From Snowella sp. (GTDB lineage: Bacteria; Cyanobacteriota; Cyanobacteriia; Cyanobacteriales; Microcystaceae), in NCBI GenBank assembly GCA_035285545.1, contig JAYKGY010000104.1, forward strand, positions 1 to 64,000: a stretch of DNA of 64,000 nt, read 5' to 3'. Below, in pieces: positions 30,501 to 40,194 of this stretch. How positions within the stretch are numbered: the first letter of the stretch is position 1; every line of letters begins with the position of its first letter. The notes below the pieces were generated by a model that worked only from the letters and a program-made list of their open reading frames with translations, had not been told where the DNA came from and made no database searches. The translations under genes and the position numbers were made by a program.

Positions 30501-33110
30501 TTAAGTTTGGCGGAAAGATTTGATATATTCGACCGTTTTGGGGGGAAAGCGTTGGTTTAATTCATTGTCAGGAAGTTGGGCAAGCATTAGATAATAATTC
30601 TCCATTACTGTTTGAGTGTTGGGGTGATTTTCTCCTAATGTCGCTAACAAAATAGCGATCGCTCTTTGATAGAGAGGTTGGGCTTCTCCGTATTTCCCTT
30701 GGGCGCGATAAAGTTCTGCCAGATTGTTGAGACTAGTGGCAATAGAAGGATGCTCTGCTCCTAATTGCTTTTCCCTAATCTCCAGCGATCGCAGATAGAG
30801 AGGTTGGGCTTCTCCGTATTTCCCTTGAGAATCATAAAGTCCTGCCAGATTGTTGAGATCGGTTGCCACATCAGGATGATTTTTTCCATAAACTTTTTCA
30901 TCAATCGCCAGCGATCGCAGGTAGAGAGGTTCCGCTTCTCCGTATTTCCCTTGAGTTTTATAAAGCAATGCCAGATTGTTGAGACTGGTTGCCACTTCAG
31001 GATGATTTTCCCCTAATTGCTTTTCCCTAATTTCGAGCGATCGCAAATAGAGAGGTTCGGCTTCTGCATATTTCCCTTGGGCATAATAAAGTCCCGCCAG
31101 ATTGTTGAGACTGGTTGCCACTTCAGGGTGATTTTCTCCATAAACTTTTTCATCAATCGCCAGCGATCGCAGATAGAGAGGTTCCGCTTCTCCGTATTTC
31201 CCTTGGGACTCATAAAGTAACGCCAGATTGTTGAGACTGGTTGCCACATCAGGATGATTTTTGCCGAAACGTTGTTCACTCAAGGTTAAACATTGTTCTC
31301 GATAAGGAACTGCTTGCTGATAAAGTCCCTGAGCTTGATAAAAACGACCTAAACCAATAAAAGGCCAGGTTAAATCTTCCCCTTCTAACCATTGATTAAG
31401 TTCCTCAGCCGCCACTTTTAAATGCTCAATATATGGCTCTAAATTGGCAATATCTGCTAACGTCAAAGTCTGCTTAATCGTTTTCGCAATCCCAACCATC
31501 ACCCGACCATAGGCGCGTTTTGCTTCCTCTTTTAACGGCGATTCCTCTAATTTTTCCCGTAAATAAACCCGAATCAACGGATGCAATTCATACCAATCAT
31601 TCCCCAGATCATTAACTAAACTGAGATTCACTAAACTATCCGTTAACCAAACCTCCAAGTCTTCGGGATTTTGCTCAGAAAGTAACGCATCAATTAAGGT
31701 TTTAGAAAAAGGAGCGAGAGCAAATAAACTGAGATACATTGCTAGTTTTTGTGCATTGCAATCTAATGCTTCCCAACTCACATCAAAGGAAGCCTTAACC
31801 CCATTTTGAGCCGTCATTTCTGCATCAAAATTCGGATCTTTTTGGAAAATCTGATCCGCTAATCCTTTTTCTGCTAACCGTTCTCGAATTTGTTCAACAG
31901 TCCAGTCTTTTTGTCTTCTCAACAATCGCGCCACTAACTCCAACGCTAAGGGTAAATAACCTAAATCTCGACAGAGTAACTTCGCTTGCTCTAACTGTTG
32001 ATCAATGCGACTATCCGTAACATAAGAATTTAACAAATTAATAGCTGATTCAGGATTTAAGACATCTAAATTAATGGTTTTAATCGTGTGGCGAAGGTAG
32101 TTAAAACGAGTCGTAATAATAACCTGAAAACGAGTCTCATTAATTTGCGGTAAATAGGGTTCAATAATGCCATAATCTCGCAAATCATCAATAATAATTA
32201 ACACTTGACCCGCAGGCCAATTTTGCCAACAGAGAGCCACCCGTTCCGCTAAAACCCCATCGGTAGGAATCACTAACCCTAACCGTGAATAAGCAAAATT
32301 TAAAATTTGTAAACCCAGATCCCCTTCAAACGCATTTAACCAACAAATGCCCCCGCCATAGTGCTGATTGTGCCACTGTCGCCAAGCATATTGCAGAGCG
32401 AGTTCGGACTTGCCACAGCCTCCCATGCCTTGCAAAACCACTCGATGATCCGTCGCTAAAATCTGTTCAATTTCTATTAAATATTTTTCTCGACCGACAA
32501 ATTGGGCAATACCGCTATTGGGTAAATTCTGCCACTGCTTACCCATTTCTGGGCTACCGTTGGCGACAGGATTGAGTAAAAATTTATTTCCAACTAAACC
32601 TAAATTTTCTGAGCTTTTTGGTGAACTTTCTGTTAACTCAGTCAATGATAATCGTAAAGTAAACCAGGAATTGAGATCAGGCATAAAATTAATCACCCGA
32701 TTCAAAAAATCCTGAGACATCCACCAAATTTGTCGGCCATGAAACCGAGCAAAATTTTCTCGATTAAAATTTAATACTCCCAACGCTTGCTGTAAATGTT
32801 CTGGATTAAAAGCTGTTTCAAAACCCACAATCGAAACAACTCCTGATTTTGCTTTTTCCAATTCATCTAACAAAAAATTTAAAACCTGGGCAGAACTACT
32901 CCAAAGCGGTAAACGAATTTCCGTAAAATTAATTCCTTGCTTTTGCAGTTCATTCGTTAACTTTTGAATAACGACCTGACGAGAAAATTCTGAATAAAAC
33001 TCAACCCTTGCTAATCCCCTAGTGGGCCGTTGACTCCATAACAACAAACGCCCCAAAGTATGGGCAATGCTACCCGAAAATAAAGGAGATGCTTTAACTG
33101 GATGTACCAC
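30501..33110 (-). CDS. NLR-like protein: uncharacterised N-terminal domain + NB-ARC/STAND ATPase + 42-aa TPR repeats
   Basis: FVGRE, Walker A GMGGCGKS, Walker B LIIIDD, IITTR, LGYLPLAL and LHPL; five HP.(V/I)AT.LNNLA.LY repeats. Confidence 0.9.
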   Translation of the reverse strand: MVHPVKASPLFSGSIAHTLGRLLLWSQRPTRGLARVEFYSEFSRQVVIQKLTNELQKQGINFTEIRLPLWSSSAQVLNFLLDELEKAKSGVVSIVGFETAFNPEHLQQALGVLNFNRENFARFHGRQIWWMSQDFLNRVINFMPDLNSWFTLRLSLTELTESSPKSSENLGLVGNKFLLNPVANGSPEMGKQWQNLPNSGIAQFVGREKYLIEIEQILATDHRVVLQGMGGCGKSELALQYAWRQWHNQHYGGGICWLNAFEGDLGLQILNFAYSRLGLVIPTDGVLAERVALCWQNWPAGQVLIIIDDLRDYGIIEPYLPQINETRFQVIITTRFNYLRHTIKTINLDVLNPESAINLLNSYVTDSRIDQQLEQAKLLCRDLGYLPLALELVARLLRRQKDWTVEQIRERLAEKGLADQIFQKDPNFDAEMTAQNGVKASFDVSWEALDCNAQKLAMYLSLFALAPFSKTLIDALLSEQNPEDLEVWLTDSLVNLSLVNDLGNDWYELHPLIRVYLREKLEESPLKEEAKRAYGRVMVGIAKTIKQTLTLADIANLEPYIEHLKVAAEELNQWLEGEDLTWPFIGLGRFYQAQGLYQQAVPYREQCLTLSEQRFGKNHPDVATSLNNLALLYESQGKYGEAEPLYLRSLAIDEKVYGENHPEVATSLNNLAGLYYAQGKYAEAEPLYLRSLEIREKQLGENHPEVATSLNNLALLYKTQGKYGEAEPLYLRSLAIDEKVYGKNHPDVATDLNNLAGLYDSQGKYGEAQPLYLRSLEIREKQLGAEHPSIATSLNNLAELYRAQGKYGEAQPLYQRAIAILLATLGENHPNTQTVMENYYLMLAQLPDNELNQRFPPKTVEYIKSFRQT
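30640..31265 (-). repeat. Five tandem 126-bp repeats encoding TPR units
   Basis: CAGATTGTTGAG recurs at 30720, 30846, 30972, 31098 and 31224 (exact 126-bp spacing). Confidence 0.95.
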
Positions 33111-34521
33111 CTGGCACCTCCCCTGTCGGTAAAGCGTCTATTTTTCCTTGTTTGTATAATAAATCCACGACCAAAGGATGAACCCGAAAATATCGCTCTC
33201 CATCTTTTAAGGGAACTTCTTGAACTGAACGATTATTCAGTAAGACATACAAGACTTCATCAGGGATTTGTGCTTCTTGGTCATTGTTATAAATTTTAAG
33301 TAATCGCTCTAATTTCTGAGGATAATCAACTTTATCCAGATCAAAAGGATTTTGTCCTAAGCGTCTTTCGTATTCCGTTTTTAAATTACCGATCGCTAAA
33401 CTGACTTGTTCACTTTCGATTTGTTGTTTTCCAGATAAAATAGCTTCATCGGAAGCATCTAATACCAGGGTAAATAGATCTCGAATATTGCCGCCAGAAG
33501 CGATAATGATACGATCTAATTGACCTTGTGCAAATAAGGATAAATTGACTCGATTTTCTAAGACTTGATGAATGGCCCTACGCTCTAAATCATTAGCCGA
33601 GTTATCAGGATTAAAAACCGCAGTATCAGGAATTGTCAAACATTTATCATTAGAAAAAGCCAATTTAATGGCGTTAGAAGAATTATACAAACCAATAGGG
33701 ATCGTAAAAATGAGATGAATATTTAAATCATGAATTATATTGTTATAATCAATAAATAGTTTTTGTACTGCTTCGGGAGAAACACCATTTTTATCGAAGT
33801 TTTCACCAATAATTAACCATTGACGATTCTCTTTTTCCTTTAAGGCATTCTTGCACTCAGTAATAATATTATTGGCAATTTTAATCAAATCATTAATACG
33901 TTTGAAACGGTATTCAATGACTTCCTTTTCTCGGCTAGAAGCAAACCGAATTTCTCCTTTGATAGAAGCAAATAACGCTAAAATTTGATTCCATAAAGAA
34001 TTTTCTTTAACGCCTGCTCCTGCCTCTGCTTTAACTTCGCTATTGCGATTTTCTTTTTGAGTAATTTTTGTCGTGTTATACCAATTCTTCAATTCTTGTA
34101 AGTATTGATCGGCTGGTTTGTCTACAATTTTTTCCGTCTCTTCAACTAATGCGATCAGGATCAACAGAATAATATCTAACGGATTAAAATTGATTGGATC
34201 AAGATCAGTCAAGACATTAAATTTAATTACCTGAAATTGCTGTTTAATTTCTAAATCATTAATTAGACGATTTAGTTCAGTAGATTTACCGACCCCTGGA
34301 TGGCCCATTAAACAAGCTTTATAGTATCCTTGACTGTTCCAAGCTCTTTTTAATCCCAACTTTAAACGCTGAATTTTGTCGCCGCCCCGCGTTTCATTCA
34401 TTTTTTCACAATAAAACGCCTCTAACTCCTGCTCGGTTGCCAATGGCTCTGGAGATAACGTCTGATAAATCTCGTCTAAGGTTTGGGCGGGAGTGAAACG
34501 GGTGAGTTGGGCTGGTTGCAT
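33094..34521 (-). CDS. P-loop (AAA+/STAND-related) ATPase
   Basis: Walker A GHPGVGKST, atypical Walker B WLIIGENFDK, SGGNIRDLF and C-terminal VHPLV; overlaps the next gene by 17 nt. Confidence 0.85.
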   Translation of the reverse strand: MQPAQLTRFTPAQTLDEIYQTLSPEPLATEQELEAFYCEKMNETRGGDKIQRLKLGLKRAWNSQGYYKACLMGHPGVGKSTELNRLINDLEIKQQFQVIKFNVLTDLDPINFNPLDIILLILIALVEETEKIVDKPADQYLQELKNWYNTTKITQKENRNSEVKAEAGAGVKENSLWNQILALFASIKGEIRFASSREKEVIEYRFKRINDLIKIANNIITECKNALKEKENRQWLIIGENFDKNGVSPEAVQKLFIDYNNIIHDLNIHLIFTIPIGLYNSSNAIKLAFSNDKCLTIPDTAVFNPDNSANDLERRAIHQVLENRVNLSLFAQGQLDRIIIASGGNIRDLFTLVLDASDEAILSGKQQIESEQVSLAIGNLKTEYERRLGQNPFDLDKVDYPQKLERLLKIYNNDQEAQIPDEVLYVLLNNRSVQEVPLKDGERYFRVHPLVVDLLYKQGKIDALPTGEVPGGTSS

Positions 34522-34707
34522 AACGCAATAGTTTAAGGAATAAGTCTTAGAGTCTTACGTTTTTTGAATTACTTTGATGATAAAGCAAATATTAGTCCGC
34601 CAATAAAGATCTCTGCTCAAAGTTATAATCTAGAGCAAAAAATTTTAGGAATTGCCACACCAATTTCTCAAATATGCGACAATAAATTTTAGTCTTCCGA
34701 CTCGCTT

Positions 34708-34780
34708 GGGTACGTAGCTCAGTGGATAGAGCATCCGCCTTCTAAGCGGACGGTCGTTGGTTCGAGTCCAACCGTACCCG
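34708..34780 (+). tRNA. tRNA-Arg (anticodon TCT)
   Basis: GGGTACG/CGTACCC acceptor stem, TAGCTCAGTGGATAGAGC D-arm, TCCGC-CTTCTAA-GCGGA anticodon arm, GGTTCGAGTCC T-arm; CCA not encoded. Confidence 0.97.
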
Positions 34781-34782
34781 TT

Positions 34783-35982
34783 TTATTTTTTCGGTAATTT
34801 ATATTGAGCCACAATTTTCTTGGCAAACTCTGGCACATGAGCGGCTAACTTTTCAGGGTAATTGCGTCTGACGTAGAGATAATTACGGGTAAAGTGGGAA
34901 TCGATACTAAAACGGGCATATTCCAAACCTTTTGGCCCAATAAATTTATCAATGATCACGCCGAGTAGCTTCGCAACCCACATGGGCAGAGTGACGGCTT
35001 TATCGTAGGCTTCGATGCTTTGTTGAACGGCTGCTTTGCGATCGCCTTTTGAAATAACTGGTTGGGTATCTAATTGATCTTTGATCAGATCGAGCATTTC
35101 TCGGCCCGTTTCATTGCGAACCACAATCCATTGCCAACCGAAAGTCGCCCCCATGTAGCCCACGACCAGATCAGCAAGGGAATTGACGTAATCAAAACAA
35201 CTCATGCAAGACGGTGCGAAGACATCCTTTAATTGATTGGTTTTTAAGCCAAAAAAGGGAACCATTTCCACCGAACCATCCTCATGCTTAAAATGCACTC
35301 GAAAATCTTGCATGAATTCGTAATGTACCACGGTTTCCGGCGATCGACTGGTGGTTTCTAAAAATTTCTGTAGGCCATCCCTGGTGACGTTATCAACACA
35401 AGGCGTTCCTAAGATATACAGTTTTTCTAAGCCTAATTCTTTCTCAACGGCTCGCAGGGCTTGGATCTGACAACCGACCCCGATCACTAATAGGCGTTTC
35501 ATTCCCGATTTTGCCACCTGTTCCAATACGGATAGATTAGGGGAGAGAGTGGGTTTGTTGACTCTTGCGGCTAAGACTTCTTCAGGCGTGCGGGCAATCA
35601 CAGGCATGGGTTGAAAGCGGTCTTCGGGCGTATTTTGCACACAGACCACGCCTTCGACTAAACCTTCGGTCAACATCTTACAGGCTAAGCTACTGACGAT
35701 ACCTGTCCATTGCGCGCCTTCAATGGGTTTCTGTTTGCGAGCCATCATCATTTCCTGATGTACCCCAAAGTACCAATCATCCTGATTATTTAAATCTCGG
35801 CTACGACCATGGGCTTCGGCTTCCAATTCTGCAACTTGTTGATTAAGAAATGCACAAGCTTCCTTGACATAATGGATATAATAGGTATCGCAGAGTCCAC
35901 ACTCGCTACACAGTGCTTTGGCGGGACGAGGACTTCCTGGTTTTAATGCCCTGGCTTTTTCATGGGGAGCAGTGGCGGTCAT
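34783..35982 (-). CDS. cvrA: Ferredoxin-dependent 8-vinyl (divinyl chlorophyllide) reductase, FrhB family (BciB/CvrA)
   Basis: CSECGLC, GAQWTGIVS, GVGCQ, GTPCVDN and CMSCFDY motifs; cyanobacterial FrhB-like protein. Confidence 0.85.
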   Translation of the reverse strand: MTATAPHEKARALKPGSPRPAKALCSECGLCDTYYIHYVKEACAFLNQQVAELEAEAHGRSRDLNNQDDWYFGVHQEMMMARKQKPIEGAQWTGIVSSLACKMLTEGLVEGVVCVQNTPEDRFQPMPVIARTPEEVLAARVNKPTLSPNLSVLEQVAKSGMKRLLVIGVGCQIQALRAVEKELGLEKLYILGTPCVDNVTRDGLQKFLETTSRSPETVVHYEFMQDFRVHFKHEDGSVEMVPFFGLKTNQLKDVFAPSCMSCFDYVNSLADLVVGYMGATFGWQWIVVRNETGREMLDLIKDQLDTQPVISKGDRKAAVQQSIEAYDKAVTLPMWVAKLLGVIIDKFIGPKGLEYARFSIDSHFTRNYLYVRRNYPEKLAAHVPEFAKKIVAQYKLPKK

Positions 35983-36167
35983 AGCTTCAAAGGCGATCGC
36001 AATAGGGTTAACAATCTCTCAAGTTAACTCAGAACGGAGTCGCTGTGTCAAAAATCTTTAAAGATTTGTAACGACATTCGACCCTTTTTTGTATGATGGT
36101 CAAGAGGCATTTCATGAATCCATCCCCTAGTAAATAAGTAGAAAATGTTAATAAATGGAGGAATACT

Positions 36168-36461
36168 GTGTCTACCGATGTATTAGAAAAGCGTTCTGCT
36201 GAAAGCGTAACCATACGCAAGCCAGCCCCTCGTTATAAAGTTTTACTCCACAATGATGATTACAATTCGATGGAGTACGTTGTCCAAACCTTAATGCAAA
36301 CCGTTAACGGCATGACCCAACCCCAAGCCGTTGATATTATGATGGAAGCCCATACCAACGGCCTAGCATTAGTGATTACCTGTGTTCAAGAGCACGCAGA
36401 ATTTTATTCAGAAACGTTGGTCAATCATGGCTTAATTAGCACTATTGAGCCTGATGAATAA
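36168..36461 (+). CDS. clpS: Clp protease adaptor ClpS
   Basis: YKVLLHNDDYNSMEYVV and MMEAH motifs; GGAGG RBS before the GTG start. Confidence 0.95.
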   Translation: MSTDVLEKRSAESVTIRKPAPRYKVLLHNDDYNSMEYVVQTLMQTVNGMTQPQAVDIMMEAHTNGLALVITCVQEHAEFYSETLVNHGLISTIEPDE

Positions 36462-36504
36462 CGAATACAAACGACAATCCTAAATAATTTACATACAATC
36501 GATT

Positions 36505-37338
36505 TTGAAAATTAATTGGTCTAAATTTGCAACTTACCCAGCACCCCAACGGCTGGGAATTTTTATTGCATTTTTATTACTGTTTTGGCTTCCGTTTGCT
36601 TTGCCCTTATATTTACTGTTTCGCGCTGACCCGAATTTAACCACTATTGTGACGATGAGCGCGTTATTTGGGGTCTTTTTATTTCTGTTGAAATTTTGGA
36701 GCGATCGCGTTTATGGCATTAAAGCAGGATTCAAATTTTATGGCTTAGTTTGGACAAGACAAAATGGCATTAATTGGCTTAAAGGCTTAAGTATTGGCTT
36801 ATTATTTACCTTTTCTTTATTTATTACTGAATCACTGTTCGGCTGGGTAACATTACAACCGTCTAATACGTTTTTACTGAAAATTGTTTTAGAAGGTAGC
36901 TTAACAGGAATTGGTGTAGCGTTTGCCGAAGAGTTATTTTTTCGCGGTTGGTTATTAACGGAACTGGAACAAAATTATTCTTTAAAGCAAAGCTTGTGGG
37001 CCAGTTCCCTAATTTTTGCCTTACTCCATTTTTTAAAACCCTTACCCGAAATTCTCCGCACTTTCCCCCAGTTTCCCGCCTTAGTTTTATTAGGAATTAT
37101 ACTGGTTTTAGCCAAACGTTCCCATCAGAATCAATTAGGCATTTCAATGGGAATACATGGGGGCTTAGTGTGGGGATATTACATTCTGAATGTGGGTCAA
37201 ATTATTCAATATTCGGGCACGGTTCCTGATTGGATAACGGGGGTTGATAAGAACCCCTTAATTAGTGTCATGGGGATCTTATTTTTGTGTTTATTACTGA
37301 TTTGGATTCAGCGTAAAGCATGGTTTATTAAAAATTGA
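36505..37338 (+). CDS. CPBP (CAAX/Abi) intramembrane protease
   Basis: EELFFRG, FALLH and GIHGG motifs. Confidence 0.9.
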   Translation: MKINWSKFATYPAPQRLGIFIAFLLLFWLPFALPLYLLFRADPNLTTIVTMSALFGVFLFLLKFWSDRVYGIKAGFKFYGLVWTRQNGINWLKGLSIGLLFTFSLFITESLFGWVTLQPSNTFLLKIVLEGSLTGIGVAFAEELFFRGWLLTELEQNYSLKQSLWASSLIFALLHFLKPLPEILRTFPQFPALVLLGIILVLAKRSHQNQLGISMGIHGGLVWGYYILNVGQIIQYSGTVPDWITGVDKNPLISVMGILFLCLLLIWIQRKAWFIKN

Positions 37339-37390
37339 TTTTAGGCCGCAGTCCTGCGCTGCGTAATTTGCGAAAATCTCTCTCTTGTTT

Positions 37391-38581
37391 TTAAACCAAC
37401 TCTGGGATTTTAGCCGCGATCGCCTTTCCAATTTCTAAAGAAGCCGTAGCCGCAGGGGAGGGAGCATTACAAACATGCAAAGCCCGATCATCCTCAACGA
37501 TGAGAAAATCTTCCACTAACTGGCCATTATCTTTTAGAGCTTGGGCGCGAATGCCTGGAGGATTGGGGATAATGTCATCAGCCGTCACATCGGGAATTAA
37601 TTGTTGCAAACTCCGCACAAAGGCTGCTTTACTCAAAGAGCGAATAATTTCTTGAATCCCTTCATCGGCGTGTTTAGCGGCTAATTTCCAAAAGCCTGGA
37701 TAGGTAATGACTTCCGCAAAATCTTTGAAATCAAAATCCGTTTTTCCGTAGCCTTCCCGTTTCAGACTCAAGACCGCATTGGGGCCAGCGTGGATACTGC
37801 CATCAATCATGCGGGTAAAATGGACTCCTAAAAAGGGAAAATCGGGGTTAGGAACAGGATAAATGAGACTTTTTACTAAATATCGTTTTTCGGGTTTGAG
37901 TTCGTAGTATTCGCCTTTAAAGGGAACAATTTTGGCTTCTGGGTTAATGCCTGCTAATTTGGCGACGCGATCGCTTTGTAAACCCGCACAGTTGATAATG
38001 AATTTAGCTTTAACAGGTTCTTGATTAGTTTCTAAAATATATTCTTGGGAATTTTTAATAATTTTAGTAACTTGAGTATTTAAATGAATTTCTCCGCCTT
38101 GTTTTTCTATTAATTCCCCATACTTTCGGCAAACTTGTTTATAATTGACGATGCCTGCGGTGGGAACTTTAATTCCTGCTAGACAGCTTACATAGGGTTC
38201 AATTTCTCTAACGCCTTCTGGGGTTAATTTCGTAACTGCAATGCCGTTTTCTAATCCTCTTTTATACAGGTTTTCGAGTGCAGGTAATTCTTTTTCTTGG
38301 GTTGCTACAATAACTTTGCCACAAACATCGTAGGGAATATCATGGGTTTGACAAAAATCCACCATTGCCTGATTGCCTGCTCTGGTAAATTTCGCTTTAA
38401 AACTCCCAGGTTTGTAATAAACGCCTGAATGGATTACACCGCTATTATGGCCTGTTTGATGATAGGCTAATTGGCTTTCTTTTTCTACAATAACAATTCG
38501 AGAGGATGGAAACCGTTGACCAATAAATAATCCTGTAGAAAGACCGACAATCCCCCCACCAATAATGGCAAAATCGTACAT
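37391..38581 (-). CDS. lhgO: L-2-hydroxyglutarate oxidase
   Basis: GGGIVG, HQTGHNSGVIHSG, FPFLGVH and NAPSPAATAS motifs. Confidence 0.93.
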   Translation of the reverse strand: MYDFAIIGGGIVGLSTGLFIGQRFPSSRIVIVEKESQLAYHQTGHNSGVIHSGVYYKPGSFKAKFTRAGNQAMVDFCQTHDIPYDVCGKVIVATQEKELPALENLYKRGLENGIAVTKLTPEGVREIEPYVSCLAGIKVPTAGIVNYKQVCRKYGELIEKQGGEIHLNTQVTKIIKNSQEYILETNQEPVKAKFIINCAGLQSDRVAKLAGINPEAKIVPFKGEYYELKPEKRYLVKSLIYPVPNPDFPFLGVHFTRMIDGSIHAGPNAVLSLKREGYGKTDFDFKDFAEVITYPGFWKLAAKHADEGIQEIIRSLSKAAFVRSLQQLIPDVTADDIIPNPPGIRAQALKDNGQLVEDFLIVEDDRALHVCNAPSPAATASLEIGKAIAAKIPELV

Positions 38582-38640
38582 TATTTTTAATCGTTTTTTT
38601 GAATAATTAATCCGCGATCGCTGGTTATTTTATCATCCCT

Positions 38641-38958
38641 TTAGTAATTAATTTCTGATTTCATGCGTTGGAGGGTCATGTGCATTTGATCAAACATTTG
38701 TTGGGGAGTCATCCCAAATTGGCCCAACTGAGTTTTAAGCTGTTCGACGGTCATTCTGGCCATAAAATCTTCTGATAATTCAAATCGTTTCATGAAAATT
38801 TTATAGCGATCCATAAGTTCTTCCATTTTGTCAATGAAAATGACTTTGCCTTCGCGATCAAACTTGCCGTAATCACTGCCAAGCTGGGTTAGAGCCTGAT
38901 AATCTTCAAAAAGTTGCTTGGCTTCCTGCTGAACGACTTCTGAATCGAAAAATCCCAT
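38641..38958 (-). CDS. DUF1825-family protein
   Basis: MGFFDSEVVQQEAK..F.DYQ N-terminus of this cyanobacterial family. Confidence 0.8.
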   Translation of the reverse strand: MGFFDSEVVQQEAKQLFEDYQALTQLGSDYGKFDREGKVIFIDKMEELMDRYKIFMKRFELSEDFMARMTVEQLKTQLGQFGMTPQQMFDQMHMTLQRMKSEINY

Positions 38959-39172
38959 AGTTGCTTTACGCTCTTGTTAAGTTGGAACTTACTATTTTTA
39001 GTTTAATCTCTGATTCTTCGTATTTTAAAATAGGGAAAACTTTGAAACAATACGGTTTTCCGTATCCCTTTAGCGGTAAGCAGTTCGTTAACTTGGAACC
39101 TGTTCTGTGATAAGTGGTCATTAAACCGTAGGCGATCGCTGCTATTGCTAAAAATATTGTATTGAAAAATTT

Positions 39173-39577
39173 ATGCAGGCCCTAGAAAAACTTTTAAATT
39201 TAAGAAAAGATCGTCGGATCGCTATTGCCATCGCGCTGATCTCAACCATTCTTCCTGTGCCGATTGCTGGGTTACAAAAGTTTTATCTTGGTCAGCCGTT
39301 GTGGGGTGTCATTTATTTACTCCTGTGGAATACCCCCATTCCCCGTATTGCCAGCGCGATCGATGCAGTTTGGTATTTTGTTCAAGGTGAGGAAGCCTTT
39401 CAAGAGCAATTTAATGGAATTCATTCAAGTTATTCTTTTATGAAACCCCAGCAAGCCCCTCAAGTTACCGCCGTTGCCGATGCTCTCAGAGAGTTGGATC
39501 AGTTACGCGCTGAAGGCTTAGTCTCAGAATATGAGTTTGAACAAAAGCGTCGTCAATTGATTGATCGCATGGTTTAA
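39173..39577 (+). CDS. TM2/NINE + SHOCT domain membrane protein
   Basis: GLQKFYLGQ..WG (TM2) and LRELDQLR..GLVSEYEFEQKRRQL (SHOCT). Confidence 0.85.
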   Translation: MQALEKLLNLRKDRRIAIAIALISTILPVPIAGLQKFYLGQPLWGVIYLLLWNTPIPRIASAIDAVWYFVQGEEAFQEQFNGIHSSYSFMKPQQAPQVTAVADALRELDQLRAEGLVSEYEFEQKRRQLIDRMV

Positions 39578-39579
39578 AT

Positions 39580-40095
39580 ATGCTTAACTTTCGGCGGCAA
39601 ACCCTGAAACGTAAAATTCTCAACGATCCCTTTTATCGGTTTCAATCCTTAGAAGAAGTGGCGATCGCGTCGGAATTGGGCATAAAGATCGAAGTTAATC
39701 AAGCAACGGTGGATGAGTGGCTCCGCTTACCAGGAATTTCCATTCACCAAGCCCGCAATTTAGTCGAATTAACGGCAATGGGAATGCAATTTCTGTCGAT
39801 TGAGGATCTAGCTGCAGCTTTAAGCCTTCCCCTGCAACGACTGCAACCGTTAAAAAAAATCTTGTCTTTTACCTATTACGACAATGAGAGTTTACTCACT
39901 CCTCAACGCATTAACGTTAATACTGCCAATTTAGACCAACTCATCACCATTCCTCTTCTGGATCTAGGATTAGCTGAAGCCATTATCCGCGATCGTCAAA
40001 ATCAAGGTAATTTCCAAAACTTAGTCGATTTCCAACGCCGCCTTAATTTGAATGTTGAATTAATCTCTCAACTCATGCACTATTTGCAATTTTAA
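39580..40095 (+). CDS. ComEA-like helix-hairpin-helix DNA-binding protein
   Basis: Two HhH units (VNQAT..EW..LPGI; INVNTA...L). Confidence 0.85.
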   Translation: MLNFRRQTLKRKILNDPFYRFQSLEEVAIASELGIKIEVNQATVDEWLRLPGISIHQARNLVELTAMGMQFLSIEDLAAALSLPLQRLQPLKKILSFTYYDNESLLTPQRINVNTANLDQLITIPLLDLGLAEAIIRDRQNQGNFQNLVDFQRRLNLNVELISQLMHYLQF

Positions 40096-40194
40096 GTTTT
40101 CCCAAAAACTATCCCCAACATCCTGACTCATATAGTATAGTTCCATCTTCTAGAGTTTCTTCTGTTGCGGTTGTAAAACCCTGCTCTCCCTCAT

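Noticed and set aside
30640..31265. Regularly spaced repeats as a possible CRISPR array
   Set aside because: The 126-bp units are in-frame TPR coding repeats with no unique spacers, and no cas genes are present
29791..34780. Integrative element at tRNA-Arg
   Set aside because: The operon is on the 5' side of the tRNA; I saw no integrase and no duplicated tRNA end
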